Part shown: in pieces, positions 51,401 through 63,331 of the stretch
Position numbering within the stretch: position 1 is the first letter of the stretch
Layout of the letters: every line of letters begins with the position of its first letter
Assembly (NCBI RefSeq): GCF_006345805.1
Contig: NC_043011.1
Location: 59,718,464 to 59,782,463 of the forward strand
Direction: 5' to 3'
DNA: 64,000 nt
From: Octopus sinensis
Lineage: Eukaryota
Notes under the pieces: model-generated
What the model was told of the DNA's origin: nothing
Database searches by the model: none
What the model saw: the letters and a program-made list of their open reading frames with translations, nothing else
Translations under genes and position numbers: made by a program

Positions 51401-51618
51401 ACTGTATATTCGTCCTTCACTCGTTTATAACTGTTCTTATTCTAACTCATGTCCATTGTCCGAAAATCTTTTGTCACACATCTGTGACCTCTTCTGTGAC
51501 ACCTTCCGTCTTCGTGTGTGCTCCTGCGTCACTTATTCAATTCTGCTTGTCTATGATGTGTATCCTTATGTGCGCAAGCGCTTGCGTCCGTCCGTCCGTG
51601 TGTGTGTCCGTGTGTGTG

Positions 51619-51670
<52 letters not shown>

Positions 51671-52172
51671 ATTGTTCTTAGCAGCAGTATGACTTTCCCC
51701 TTCAGCCCCATCCTCTCACCCCGTTGTCGCTGCTGTTGTTGTTTCACTGCGTCCGTTCTGTGGGTCGGGAGCGGAAGTTCACTTTTCCCAGATCCGAAGG
51801 CCAAGGAGAGGGTCACTGGCCAGAGCGTCTGGGTGGGTGGGGGGTTGGCATTTGCGGCGGGCGATGGATCCGTGGACAGTCGTAGATGACATGCTCCCAC
51901 TCCGTCTCCTCTCCCACTCCGCTGTCCACCGCATGCAGTTCTCTAGCTACAATGAAAGGGACGGGATTAGAGTGTACAAAGGAGCCAGGACTAAGTATAA
52001 AACCATCATAGAGAGTGATGCTAAAGGGATCTTCCCACTGTAAGGAGTAGATCCTGGAACAGCACAGAAAGGACTAGAAATAAGATGGATAAGGCCGACT
52101 CTTAGTATGGCAACAAGAAATACCAGAGTGTTATGTTTGTCGATGCTAACCCTGGCGGCGAACTAGCATACC

Positions 52173-52691
52173 TACTTCTTTACTACCCACAAGAGGCTAA
52201 ACACAGAGAGGACAAACAAGGACAGACAAACGGGTTAAGTCGATTATATCGACCCCAGTGCGTGACTGGTACTTAATTTATCGACCTTGAAAGGATGAAA
52301 GGCAAAGTCGACCTCGGTGGAATTTGAACTCAGAACGTAACGGCAGACGAAATACCTATTTCTTTATTACCCACAGGGGGCTAAACACAGAGAGAACAAA
52401 CAAGGACAGACATAGGTATTAAGTCGATTACATCGACCCCAGTGTGTAACTGGTACTTAATTTATCGACCCCGAAAGGATGAAAGGCAAAGTCGACCTCG
52501 GCAGAATTTGAACTCAGAACGTAAAGACAGACGAAATACCGCTAAGTATTTCTCCCGGCGTGCTAACGATTCTGCCAGCTCGCCGCCTTGTAAAATGTTT
52601 TGCTCAAGGACGTAACATGCCTTCAGGAATCGAACTCACGACCTTGCGATCGTGAGCAGAATATCCGAACCACTAAGCCACGCGGCAGTGG
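52173..52691 (-). mobile_element. Composite SINE (F head + A head + two A bodies) flanked by a 19-bp direct repeat
   Basis: GGCGGCGAACTAGCATACC at 52154-52172 and 52692-52710. Confidence 0.8.
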
Positions 52692-53094
52692 GGCGGCGAA
52701 CTAGCATACCGTTTTAGAAAAACATTAAGAAAGGCTAATCTACGGATTAAAGCCGTAGAAAAGCCTGGTGCCCCATTAAAATCCCTGATCTGCAATACCT
52801 GTCCCTTTGATAAGTCCCCCTGTTGCAAAAATATAAACTAGAAAATTTTTTGTCTCTTTTGTAACCATTTTGCTTCGAAGGAAATGATTCACACCAGCGA
52901 GGTTCCATCTTGTCTGCCATTTTGCTCATTGACTTCACTGTGGTTATCCTTGGATTCCACCACAATGGCTTCATCAGCCGTTAATAGATGCTGACACAAA
53001 CGAAGAATTTACTTATCTGTACGATTGACATATACGTGTTCATTTAATTGGTGTGTGCATATATTTATATATATATGTGTGTGTACACACACAC

Positions 53095-53323
53095 ATTCTT
53101 TTTTCTTTTATTTGTTTCGCTCATTTGGCAGTGGTCATGCTGGAGCACCGCCTTTAGTCGAACAAAATCCACTACCAAAATTCCATCTACCAAATCCACT
53201 CACAAGGCTTTGATCGGCCGGGGGCTATAGTTAAAGAGACTTGCCCAAGATGCCACGCAGTGGGACTGAGACCGGAACCATGTGGTTGGGAAGCAAGCTC
53301 CTTACCACACAACCACTCCTGCG
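53095..53323 (-). mobile_element. SINE family B with internal deletion
   Basis: Reverse-complement tail joined to the head. Confidence 0.8.
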
Positions 53324-53349
53324 TCTATTAATAAATATATATAAATATC

Positions 53350-53600
53350 TCAGGCGTGGCTTACTTCCCAACCATATGGTTGCAGGTTCGGTCCTGCTGT
53401 GTGACCCCTTGAACAAGTGACTTCTACTAAAGCCACGGACGGACCAAATTCTTGTGAATGGATTTGGTAGACGAAAACTGAAAGAAGCCCGTCGTGTATG
53501 TGCATGCGCGTGTATCTTTGTTGCTGTGTTTGTCCCCCACCACCACCACTTGACAACCGGTGTTGGTGTGTTCACATTCCCGTAACTTAGCGGTTCGGCA
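53350..53600 (+). mobile_element. SINE family B, head-to-head with the previous copy
   Basis: CAGGCGTGGCTTACTTCCCAACC..GTAACTTAGCGGTTCGGCA. Confidence 0.8.
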
Positions 53601-54265
53601 TACATTCTTCTTGTTCTTTTTTATTCAGGTTTAATGTTATCCCTCTCTCCTTCTACCCCCTCCCCCTTCCTACTTGCCAAGTCCATTGTTTCCCAAACGT
53701 TGGTTTCCATCCTCTTACAGGCATTCAAACTGACAAACAGGTTTTTTACTATTCGAGAAATGTCTGCACTTTAAAAAGCTCCACTTTCAAAAGCCCTACA
53801 AAGTGACCTTGAACTCTGCCCATCCCTCTCGTGTGAAAGAAGAGGGGGAGGAGAGAAACAGAAGAAAAGAAAGTATAAGCATTCAATAAATAGTTTTAAT
53901 GAGGTCAACTGCTTGTTGTTCTCGTTCGTTTCTTTCGGTCATTTTACTGCGACCATGCTGGAGCACCGCCTTCAAGGACTTTTGCCGGAGAACGCACATC
54001 CAGGATTTATTTTGAAAGGCTGCTACTTACCCTTTCGCATTCCTCTTCCTCCTCCCTCTCTCTCTCTCTCTCTCTTCTACTTCTTCCTCTCCACACACTT
54101 TCTCTCTCTTTTTCTTTCGCTCCCCCCCTTGCCGAACCTCTAAGTTATGGATACGTTTAGTTATGATGACAAAATAAAATTTCCTCTGAGCGTCAGTCAA
54201 ATATAACCATTGAGTACATCTGACTGATTTTTCTTGTTTATTCCTGTTTTTATTTTTGATTTGTA

Positions 54266-54311
<46 letters not shown>

Positions 54312-55029
54312 ACATACATACATACATACACAGACACACATACATACACACACACACACATACATACACACACACACATACACACATACACACACACACA
54401 CATGAATCAAAGGATCTAGTTAAACTGATTCACAAAATCTGCATTTTTTTAAAAGGAAGTAAAAAAAATCTGAAAAATCGGCTATATTAATGTAGTTTTC
54501 CACTCTTATTGCTACGGGGGGGCATGATGCTGTGGAGAGAAAATTGAACGAAAAAGTTACAGAGGTTTAAAAATCGAAAAAACTGTATATTTTTAGCCAA
54601 TAGCGAGACAGCAATTTTCTGCGTTTAGCGGTATCAACTTTAAGGTTGTACCCTGTGAAATTTATAGTTTAGCATCTGTGAAATGGCTTGTTCTTTTTCA
54701 GTAATATCATTTTTCTGAGCAAAGATTAGGTTCTCCAGGCACAGTGAGAGTAAACAAACTATCTTCATAGAAATTTTTATTTAATTATTCAGTGTTCAGT
54801 CGATCCAATTGCAACTGTACAAGCAACGAGCACAACTTGTAAACAATTGATGTTTATAATGTTTTCACACCTTGTTGTTCTGCATTTAAATTTTTGAGAT
54901 TATTTTGCAGAGGAATGGACAATCAGCGAAATAATATATTCTCTTTTAGTGTTCATAACTTGTACATGTTCCACGAGCTAGGCAATATCTTGATGGCAGA
55001 AATCCCTTGAAGAATCTATCGAGCATTGG

Positions 55030-55225
55030 TTAGAAATGTTCAACTGATGATGTTGAGGAGGTGGTTTCGATTCCTGAATAGGACGATATGTTTTGTCTTT
55101 GAGCGAGGTACTTCACTTCACATGTTACTCCCGTCCACTCAAGCGAAAACGAGTACCGGACGGAAGCCAGTCAGGTACCAGTTCTCTCTCTCCTTCTAGC
55201 TATGTCACATACAGGACGTGCGACT
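55030..55225 (+). mobile_element. SINE family F
   Basis: Homologous to 56955-57180 (GGTTTCGATTCCTGAATAGGACG..CCACTCAAGCGAAAACGAGTACCGG). Confidence 0.7.
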
Positions 55226-55449
55226 GGGTTATGTTTTATGATCAGAGTACCAAAGAGTTTGAATCAAACTGTCATGATCCACACATATCACTCCCAGTAA
55301 ATGTGCTGAGTGCCCCTCTTTCGTTTGTCTACTTAGTCGTATACATACATACATACATACATACATACATACATACATACATACATACATACATACGTGC
55401 ACACAAATGAGAGAAAGATTAAATGGAGTCCACGAGATTCTTTATTAAT

Positions 55450-55555
55450 ATCACTACGATTGTTTCGAACCATCTTCCCTCAGTCCCTCGTGGGTGACAT
55501 AATATACAACTGTTTCTGGTGCATCTTTCGGTGTAGATGTGTCTCGTCAGATGAC
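55450..55555 (-). ncRNA. Two tandem degenerate minimal HHR-like motifs
   Basis: Minus: GTCAT CTGACGA ..CATCT..AGATG.. GAAA CAGTTG TA, then GTCAC CCACGA G GGAC..GTTC GAAA CAATCG TA GTGAT. Confidence 0.4.
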
Positions 55556-55992
55556 TTTTCAAAAGGTACCTCGTTCAATAAACTCAGTTTATATATATTG
55601 CGAAAAACAACATGTTTTAAATCTCTGACCAAGAGAAATATAGTAACAATGCCGAATAGTAATGCTTATATGCCAATAGAATGTGGCAGTCCTATAAAGG
55701 ACGATATTACTGATGTTTTAGCCCCAGAAAAACATCTTTTCTAGCAGGCTATCGACACACTGTCTGTACATAGCATTTGCAAGGGAGGACATCGCGCCCA
55801 TCTCTAGCCTTACCTGATACAGACCTAGGTTGCTGGATGTTATCCGTCCTCAGTGAGAGACAATCACAAGATTGTGACGAAAGCTCTCTCCACTCGCAAA
55901 TGCTATAAATTCTTTAAGCGACACACAGTCGCCGATCTCGTATCGTTTTAAATTTCTGAGCGAGAGAAATACAGTAACAGTACCGGATAGTA

Positions 55993-56168
55993 ATGTTTAT
56001 ATGCCAAGATAACGTGACAGTCCTATAAAGGACGATGTGTGTCGATAGCCAGCTGGTAAAGATGTTTTCCTGGTACTAAAACAAGAGTATCATTTGCAAG
56101 GGAGGGGGTTAAAATAACAGTAACATCGTCCTGTATAGGATTGCCACGTTATGTTGGCATATAAACAT
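55993..56168. mobile_element. Foldback/MITE-like element, family G
   Basis: Arms ATGTTTATATGCCAAGATAACGTGACAGTCCTATAAAGGACGATG / CATCGTCCTGTATAGGATTGCCACGTTATGTTGGCATATAAACAT; related arm at about 55660-55780. Confidence 0.65.
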
Positions 56169-56334
56169 CTCTCTCTCTCTTTCTCCCCCCTCCCCCTCTC
56201 TCTCTCTCTATATATATATACACACACACATATGCCTATATGGTACAAGACGTCACCAACAGTAAACAACATGAAATAGGAAAACAAATGAGTTCTATAG
56301 GCAAACAACAAAACAAACAAATGGAAAACAGGAC

Positions 56335-56447
<113 letters not shown>

Positions 56448-56448
56448 G

Positions 56449-56480
<32 letters not shown>

Positions 56481-56488
56481 CTATATAT

Positions 56489-56528
<40 letters not shown>

Positions 56529-56529
56529 T

Positions 56530-56564
<35 letters not shown>

Positions 56565-56725
56565 ACGGGCTTCTTTCAGTATCCGTCTACCAAATCCCAC
56601 TCACAAGGCTTTGGTCGGCCCGAGGCCATAGTAGAAGACACTTGCAAAAGGTGCCACGCAGTGGGGACTGAACCTGGAACCATGTGGTTGGTAAGCAAGT
56701 ACTTATCACACACCCACTCCTGCGC
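56565..56725 (-). mobile_element. SINE family B, 5' half
   Basis: Reverse complement of the head/core. Confidence 0.85.
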
Positions 56726-56789
<64 letters not shown>

Positions 56790-56792
<3 letters not shown>

Positions 56793-56898
56793 AGAGTTTA
56801 CGAAAAAAACAAAAGACGAAGACAGGTGGTGTACAAAAACAAAAAGATGTATTAGTATAACGCTCAGGAATAGAAAAGTCTTTTACGTTTCGAGCCTA
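56790..56898 (-). mobile_element. Family E repeat, 5'-truncated copy
   Basis: Matches 45467-45577; retains GGCTC GAAACGTA AAAG. Confidence 0.7.
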
Positions 56899-56954
56899 TG
56901 ATATAAATATTCGTATTCAATCCAAAGTACAGGCTCTAGTCGTGTGGCTAAAGG

Positions 56955-57180
56955 CGCTTGCGTGGTGCAGTGGGTAGAAATGTTCAGCTGATGATGTCGA
57001 GGAGGTGGTTTCGATTCCTGAATAGGACGGTATATAGTGCCTTTGAACAAGGTACTTCGCTTCACATGTTACATCCATCCACTCAAGCGAAAACGAGTAC
57101 CGGACGGAAGCCAGTCGGGTACCAGTTCTCTCTCCTTCTAGTTATGTCACATACAGGACGTGCGACTGGGTTAACAGGGG
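56955..57180 (+). mobile_element. SINE family F
   Basis: GTGGTGCAGTGGGTAGAA head; CCTTTGAACAAGGTACTTCGCTTCAC core. Confidence 0.7.
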
Positions 57181-57506
57181 TCGAGGGGATAACTATGTCT
57201 GCTGACGACTACATGGGACATGTAGGACAGGATGGTACGGGTTGCTACATCATACTCGCTGGCGCGTGACGGACAAGTTGAACTTAGTAGAGTATCACGG
57301 GCTCAACTATGATGTCATTGTGTTCGCATTTCGTTCTCGAAGAACTGAAACATTCCATGCTAATAAAATTCCATATTTTCTATCCTTCAGGAGACACCAT
57401 CGTTGGAATTATGGACTGTGTCGTGTTCTATATTCAACGCAGAATCGAAATGGTTCACAGAACATGTAGCAGACAATACTGAAACAATGTATAATGCGGG
57501 TGAATG

Positions 57507-57580
<74 letters not shown>

Positions 57581-57838
57581 CTGGTAATTAGAATAGTTTT
57601 GGCTACTCTCGTTGACGCAGTTAAATGTATTTTTAGCGGGTCTACTCATGACCTTTTAGTTTTATTTAACACACACACACACACAAAGACCTCACACATA
57701 CGCACATAAAGATACACAGACATACACACACAAACACACACCGTGACACACAGTAGTTTACCAGTAAACGCACACACACAGACACACACAGCCACACAAC
57801 ACACACAATGAAAGACAAAGGCACAAAACTCAATAAAT

Positions 57839-57881
<43 letters not shown>

Positions 57882-58229
57882 ACGTGCGCGCTCTCACGTA
57901 CTCACAAGGCTACATCTGAAACGCTCGCATTTTCAAACAAACCTATTATTTTCCACTTCGCAGTCCCAGACAACAAACACACAACATTCCTATCATTTCT
58001 AACCGACATTTCTATAAACAGATGTCAAATTAAACTCTTTTATACTCAATTACGTCGTCCTTTTGCTTTAAAATATTATTTATCCCGGCTCCGTACGTCC
58101 TGGGTTCAAACTCGACTGACGTCAGCTTCACATTCCCCAACCCCTGAGATCTATAAAGTAAATTACCAAATGAGGTCGATTTCAACGACTCTTTTCCCCG
58201 ACCAGATCTCGGGCCCTGTATTTCAGTGC

Positions 58230-58405
58230 AGGCGTGGCTGTGTGGTAAGATACTTGCTCCCCAACCACATGGTTCCGGGTTCGGTCCCACTGCGAGGCGC
58301 CTTGGAAAAATGTCTTCAGGGGAATTTTAATTCAGAATGTAAAGCCGGATGAAATGCCACTAAGCATTTTGTCCGGAGTGCTAACAATTCCATCAGCTGG
58401 ATGCC
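58230..58405. mobile_element. SINE B head (+) fused to SINE A head (-)
   Basis: GCAGGCGTGGCTGTGTGGTAAG..GTCTTCAGG then AATTCAGAATGTAAAG..GCTAACAATTCCATCAGCT. Confidence 0.65.
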
Positions 58406-58450
<45 letters not shown>

Positions 58451-58499
58451 TAATAATAATAATAATTATTATAATAATTAATAATAATAATAATAATAA

Positions 58500-59065
58500 T
58501 AAATGCCCTGATGCAGTACCAGGCAGTGGCTCTCATGGCTTCTGATCTTAACTGATTGGAAGTGTTATCATGTACATTGTTTTGTCTTGGTATAAAAGAT
58601 GGGCTACAGCAAATATTCTGCTCAATACCACAGATTTGCTTGTCAGTTGTTTGACCTTAACCAGTTGAGCATGTCCCTTCGTGGCTGACAATATGTGCAT
58701 CTCTGATCACGAGCAGAAGTAGTGGGGGAGCATCATAGCCATGTGTTGAGAGGGATTCTTTGGGGTTTGAATAGTTCACCTCTGGAAACATGGGTGGTTC
58801 TTTCAACATCCTAAACAACCCTTATTCAGGGACCGTTTGAGCGGGATGGGCTACTCAATCTGAAGAAAAGAAAATCTAACTGGGCCCCACCTGCAAGGTC
58901 ATGTGCTGTTTATCTTGATATGAGATCACCATGTCGCGCACATATGGTTGTGATGCATGTGCCTGGTGTACCTTTATCAGACGGGTAGTCATGATGGGTA
59001 TATTGGGCTTCGTATATTTTACCCCAGTGTCACTTTGATGGCATGCACTGCTCTCTCACTCAATA
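58500..59065. mobile_element. Unclassified ~560-bp element embedded between (AAT)n tracts
   Basis: High-complexity block with no long ORF and no tRNA head, bounded by (AAT)n on both sides; ends CTCTCTCACTC(AAT)n. Confidence 0.4.
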
Positions 59066-59344
59066 ATAATAATAATAATGTCTTAACTGGTACATCACAC
59101 GTATTGAGAAGAGCATTGTCGATGTGAGAACTATTACTACTCATGTATTTTAATTTAACTTAAAAAAAAAAAGAAATGAACGAATTATTGAGCTTAGTTT
59201 AATGGCCTACCAATGTATACTATGAGTTTCTTTGCCCTAGGAGTTGGGAAGACACTCGGCAAGAAATGGAAGCAAATTTGAAGGAAGAAAAAAAATGATA
59301 ATAATAATAATAATCTTTCTTATCTTAGCAAAGACCGGCGAATC

Positions 59345-59485
59345 TGAGATATGGGAAAGTTGATTACATCGACCCCACCCCCACCCCAATGTTCAACTGG
59401 TACTTATTTTATCGACCCCGAAAGAATGAAAGGCAAAGTTGATCTCAGAAGAATTTAAATTCAGAATGTAAAGTCGGATGAAATG
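59345..59485 (-). mobile_element. SINE family A
   Basis: GATTACATCGACCCC..GGTACTTATTTTATCGACCCCGAAAGAATGAAAGGCAAAG. Confidence 0.75.
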
Positions 59486-59589
59486 TCACGTGCGAATAAA
59501 TGGAATAAGTGTTCAGGAGAAGGTGGAAGAATGGGGTGTAAATCCGAGCGAATTACAAGTTCACTAGGGGTTGTTGATAGGGACGACTT

Positions 59590-59745
59590 AGCACTATTAT
59601 AGGCCCCCGGGCAAATCAACGTCCTCGGCCTTATAGTGTATGTTTATTGATATAAACCCACAATATACATAGATTAGAACTGGGACCCCTTGACCTACGA
59701 GGCCCCCGGACAACTGCTTGGTGTGCCTTTGCTTTAAGAGCGCAT
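59590..59745. mobile_element. Possible hAT-type MITE remnant
   Basis: Repeated GGCCCCCGG(G/A)CAA and a terminal GTGTGCCTTTGCTTTAAGAGCGCATTG-like end. Confidence 0.3.
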
Positions 59746-60308
59746 TGGTTGTCGATATTTCACTTGACTACTAACAGGAATCGAAGTATTGGTTATTTCC
59801 AATTCATAAGTCATTGCCACTTCCACCGTCAACATCTACAGAGGCAACACAAGCCAACAAAAGAATTTCTATGCAGTCCTTTGACAGCTAGAAATAGATG
59901 GCAAACCTTCCTCAAATCGTACATCAGTCACGCTTGAATCGACTGAAAGAAAATGGAGTAAAACAAAGAATGATTGATCGAAACGCAGAGTACTGATAAA
60001 GATCTGAGTACACCTCTTGGACCCTAAAACTCAACTCCATACGAAAGGTCACAATGAGTTTGTACCGGGTGTCTCATTTGTATGGATTTATTGGATGCGA
60101 ATGTCTTTAAATGTTTAGTTTTTGTTCAAATCAATATCGACTTCATGTCTTTATGTAGATTCGTGTCATGAGAAAACGCGGTTATAAAAACAGTATTCAA
60201 GGAGACACATGTTTCATATACATACACATACATACATTATACACTATATATATATAATGTATAATGTATGTATGTGTATATATATATATATATATATATG
60301 CACATATA

Positions 60309-61836
60309 CTGCGTCCCACATTATTAGGCAAATCAACCTTCTCTCAATAAATAAATGTATATTCATTCAAAATCAGTTCGTTTCCCACTGACTGTAAGCG
60401 CCACCTATCTGCGCAAATGAAAACAAACGGTGGCCATTATCGTGTAGCAGCAACATTTCTGCTGTCCCGTGTCATTATGGGTCAGAAACTTGACCTTACC
60501 TTGTATGAGAAGTCTACCATCGTGCCAAAGCTTGGAAAAGGAAAAACAACCATAGAAATATCAAAAATACTAGGAAGAGACCACCGAACAGTGGCATTAT
60601 TTGTGCAGTCTCCTATTTCGATCAAGTCGAGGGCAGATAAGGGTAAGCCGAGGGTTGCTTCAAGTAGTACTTTGTCACGTGTGAAAAGGAGAGTTGTGCG
60701 GAACCCATGTCTTACAAGTAGAGAAGTTTTCTAACGCTGTGACAGGGAAAACATATCGAACGCTACCAGGTGTCGCCTGTTGAAGCAGGTAGCAAGGAAT
60801 GTAAAACCTGTTACAAGCCCCGCCCCCTCATCTGAAGGCTTTTCAGAAGGAGAAAAGACTGAAACGGGCAGAAGTATACATGGAGATAATTTTTTCAACA
60901 GTTCTGTTCACTGACGAATGCCGTGCTGCCCTTGACAGACCAGATGGTTGGAGTACAGGATGGGTGTCAATTAGCGTGAGCCGTCCTCATCATCTGAGAC
61001 GCCAACAGAGGGGAGGTGGGGTCTTTTGGGCTGACATCGTTGGTGGTATGATGGTCGGGCCATGGAAAGTCCCAGATGGCATTAAGATGACATCAAAAAC
61101 ATATATTACCTTCTTAAAGAAATTTTCCAACAGTGGTTCAAAAGGCAAAGACTTTCATTCAAGAGAAAGCTGGTCTTCATGCAAGATAATGCCTCGTCTC
61201 ATGCAGGGAAGAATTCTGAGGAATACCTGCAGCAAAAAGGCTTCCCTGGAAATCGTTCGATGGAGTGGCCACCTCGTTCCCCTGACTTAAACCCGATCGA
61301 GAACCTGTGGACTGTCCTGAAGAGGCGCGTTTACCAAGATGGACGGCAGTTTTCAAGTAAAGTTGCCCCCTGGGATGGTATTGTAGATGCTGCTCAAAGC
61401 ATGATTGAAGAGGATATCGTCACCTTAGCAAATTCAATTGATCAGCGCGTAAGAAAGGTTATTGCACGTGGGGCATCATACATCAAACATTGAGAGTTGT
61501 ATGACATCATAATCGCACTATTATTTTCATACCAACTTATTACGTTTACCATTAAGTCCTTTATGAATAATGGTTTTGTTCAACCTTTATTATTGAATTA
61601 AATAAACTTTTGTTCCGACACAATAATCATTTTTATTATACTTGCCTAATAATTTGTGATGGTGAAAATGTTGCCCAATTACAAAAATGGCCGCCATTTA
61701 TTGGCGTCTGCGCAGATCCGGTTTATTTTAACAGAATGTGCGCAGACAGGTGGCGCCTACAGTCAGTGGGAAAACAACTGATTTTGAACGAATATACGTT
61801 TATTTATTGAGAGAAGGTTGGTTTGCCTAATAATGT
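60309..61836 (+). mobile_element. Tc1-like DNA transposon, DD37E type
   Basis: TA|CTGCGTCCCACATTATTAGGCAAA start; about 98-bp TIR match 60318-60415 / 61739-61836; extra TTGCCTAATAAT repeat at about 61643. Confidence 0.9.
60477..61493 (+). pseudogene. DD37E transposase, disrupted by a stop and frameshifts
   Basis: MGQKLDLTLYEK..RDHRTV (HTH), VLFTDECRA (D1), QDNASSH..37 aa..SPDLNPIENLW (D2-E). Confidence 0.9.
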
Positions 61837-62265
61837 AGTGTAGATTATTTGCCAACATAACGTAGTAGTCGAATGTTATTTAGCCTCAGGAAACATCATC
61901 TCCAGCTGGCTCTACGACACACTATCTGTACCCTTATATTTTCGAACAAGGGAATTGAGCATCTCCTCTCAGCACAAAACAATATCTGTGTATCGCGATT
62001 TCTGGGTTATTTCCTTTCATCGGCACAGAATAACTGTTCGGCAAGACGTGGCGGCTGCTAAATTCTTGTTCGAAATATAGTTTTCAAAATGACACACAAA
62101 CACTGATCTAATAAAATAGAAAATTTCTATTTGTAAATCGTTCAACGAGAGACATTCAGTAAAGACAAAGATAGTGTGTCGTAAAGCCTGCTGGAGGCGA
62201 TGTTTCCTGGGGTTAAATAACAGTAACATTCGACTGCCACGTTATGTTGGCAAATAATCTGCACT
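61837..62265. mobile_element. Family G MITE with ~85-bp TIRs abutting or replacing the Tc1 right end
   Basis: AGTGTAGATTATTTGCCAACATAACGT..CGACACACTATC / GATAGTGTGTCG..ACGTTATGTTGGCAAATAATCTGCACT. Confidence 0.7.
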
Positions 62266-62322
62266 CTAGAGCACTGTTACTGAATGTCTTCCTTGAGAAA
62301 TTTACAACTAGGAATTTTCTAT

Positions 62323-62417
<95 letters not shown>

Positions 62418-62692
62418 TACACAAAGTGAAGAGAGAGACCAGTCCTTTAATCACTAGCAACCTCTCCATGAAGTAAATGTCAAACAACTTGGATGACAAT
62501 AAAAAATAATGTCAATGCATAGAAAAGAGGTGTGCGTATAAATATATATGAGTGTGTGTGTGTGTGAAAGAGAGAGTTGTGAGCTTGTGTGTGTAGAAGT
62601 GAGAGAGAGAGAAATATGTCGGTGAGATAATACTTCAAGATCTACTCTACTCTAAATTTGGGTCCCTTATTCTTTGGGTCGATGTCTCTCAA

Positions 62693-62742
<50 letters not shown>

Positions 62743-62747
62743 AAGAA

Positions 62748-62880
62748 CGGTTGGTCTTCTTTCAGTTTCCGCCAATCAAATCCATTCACAAGGCTTTGGT
62801 TGACCTGATGTTATAGTAGAAGACACTTGCCAGAAATGTCACACAGTGGGACTGAACCCAGCCTTTGACGACGCAACCAC
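62748..62880 (-). mobile_element. SINE family B, 5' half
   Basis: TTTCAGTTTCCG..CACAAGGCTTTGG..GTGGGACTGAACCC. Confidence 0.75.
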
Positions 62881-62941
62881 ACATTTAGAGACATTGAAAC
62901 ACATGCACACGTGTGAGTCTATGCTAGTTACAAATCTCTCC

Positions 62942-63080
62942 CCCCTAAAGACGGAGGTCGGCTTTACGGTAATGTTTATAAACATCCACTATTTGTTGCA
63001 CGTCCTTTATATTTTGCACACTCCAACAGCCAACATTGTAAATATTACGTAATTCCATACCTCCAGAAACAGCTGTCGGG
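62942..63080 (+). ncRNA. Minimal HHR-like motif with long helix-II loop and GUC site
   Basis: CCC CTAAAGA CGGAGG..CCTCCA GAAA CAGCTG TC GGG. Confidence 0.5.
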
Positions 63081-63300
63081 CCTGAAATACCATGCCCTCT
63101 CCCCTTAGTTTTCTGCATTTTTTGTACTCCATGTAAATTTCTACTGTAAATACATAAGAATCTATATGCACGAGTGTCCATCTGAATACTTTCAATTATC
63201 CCTCTCTCTATGTATATCCCTGTATATTTTCATATATGTACAGGTATGCACGTACGTACGTATGTAAGTACGTACGTACGTATGTATGTATGTATGTATG

Positions 63301-63331
<31 letters not shown>

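Noticed and set aside
52905-52982. Minus-strand CTGATGA A GCCA..TGGC stem
   Set aside because: The stem is not followed by GAAA.
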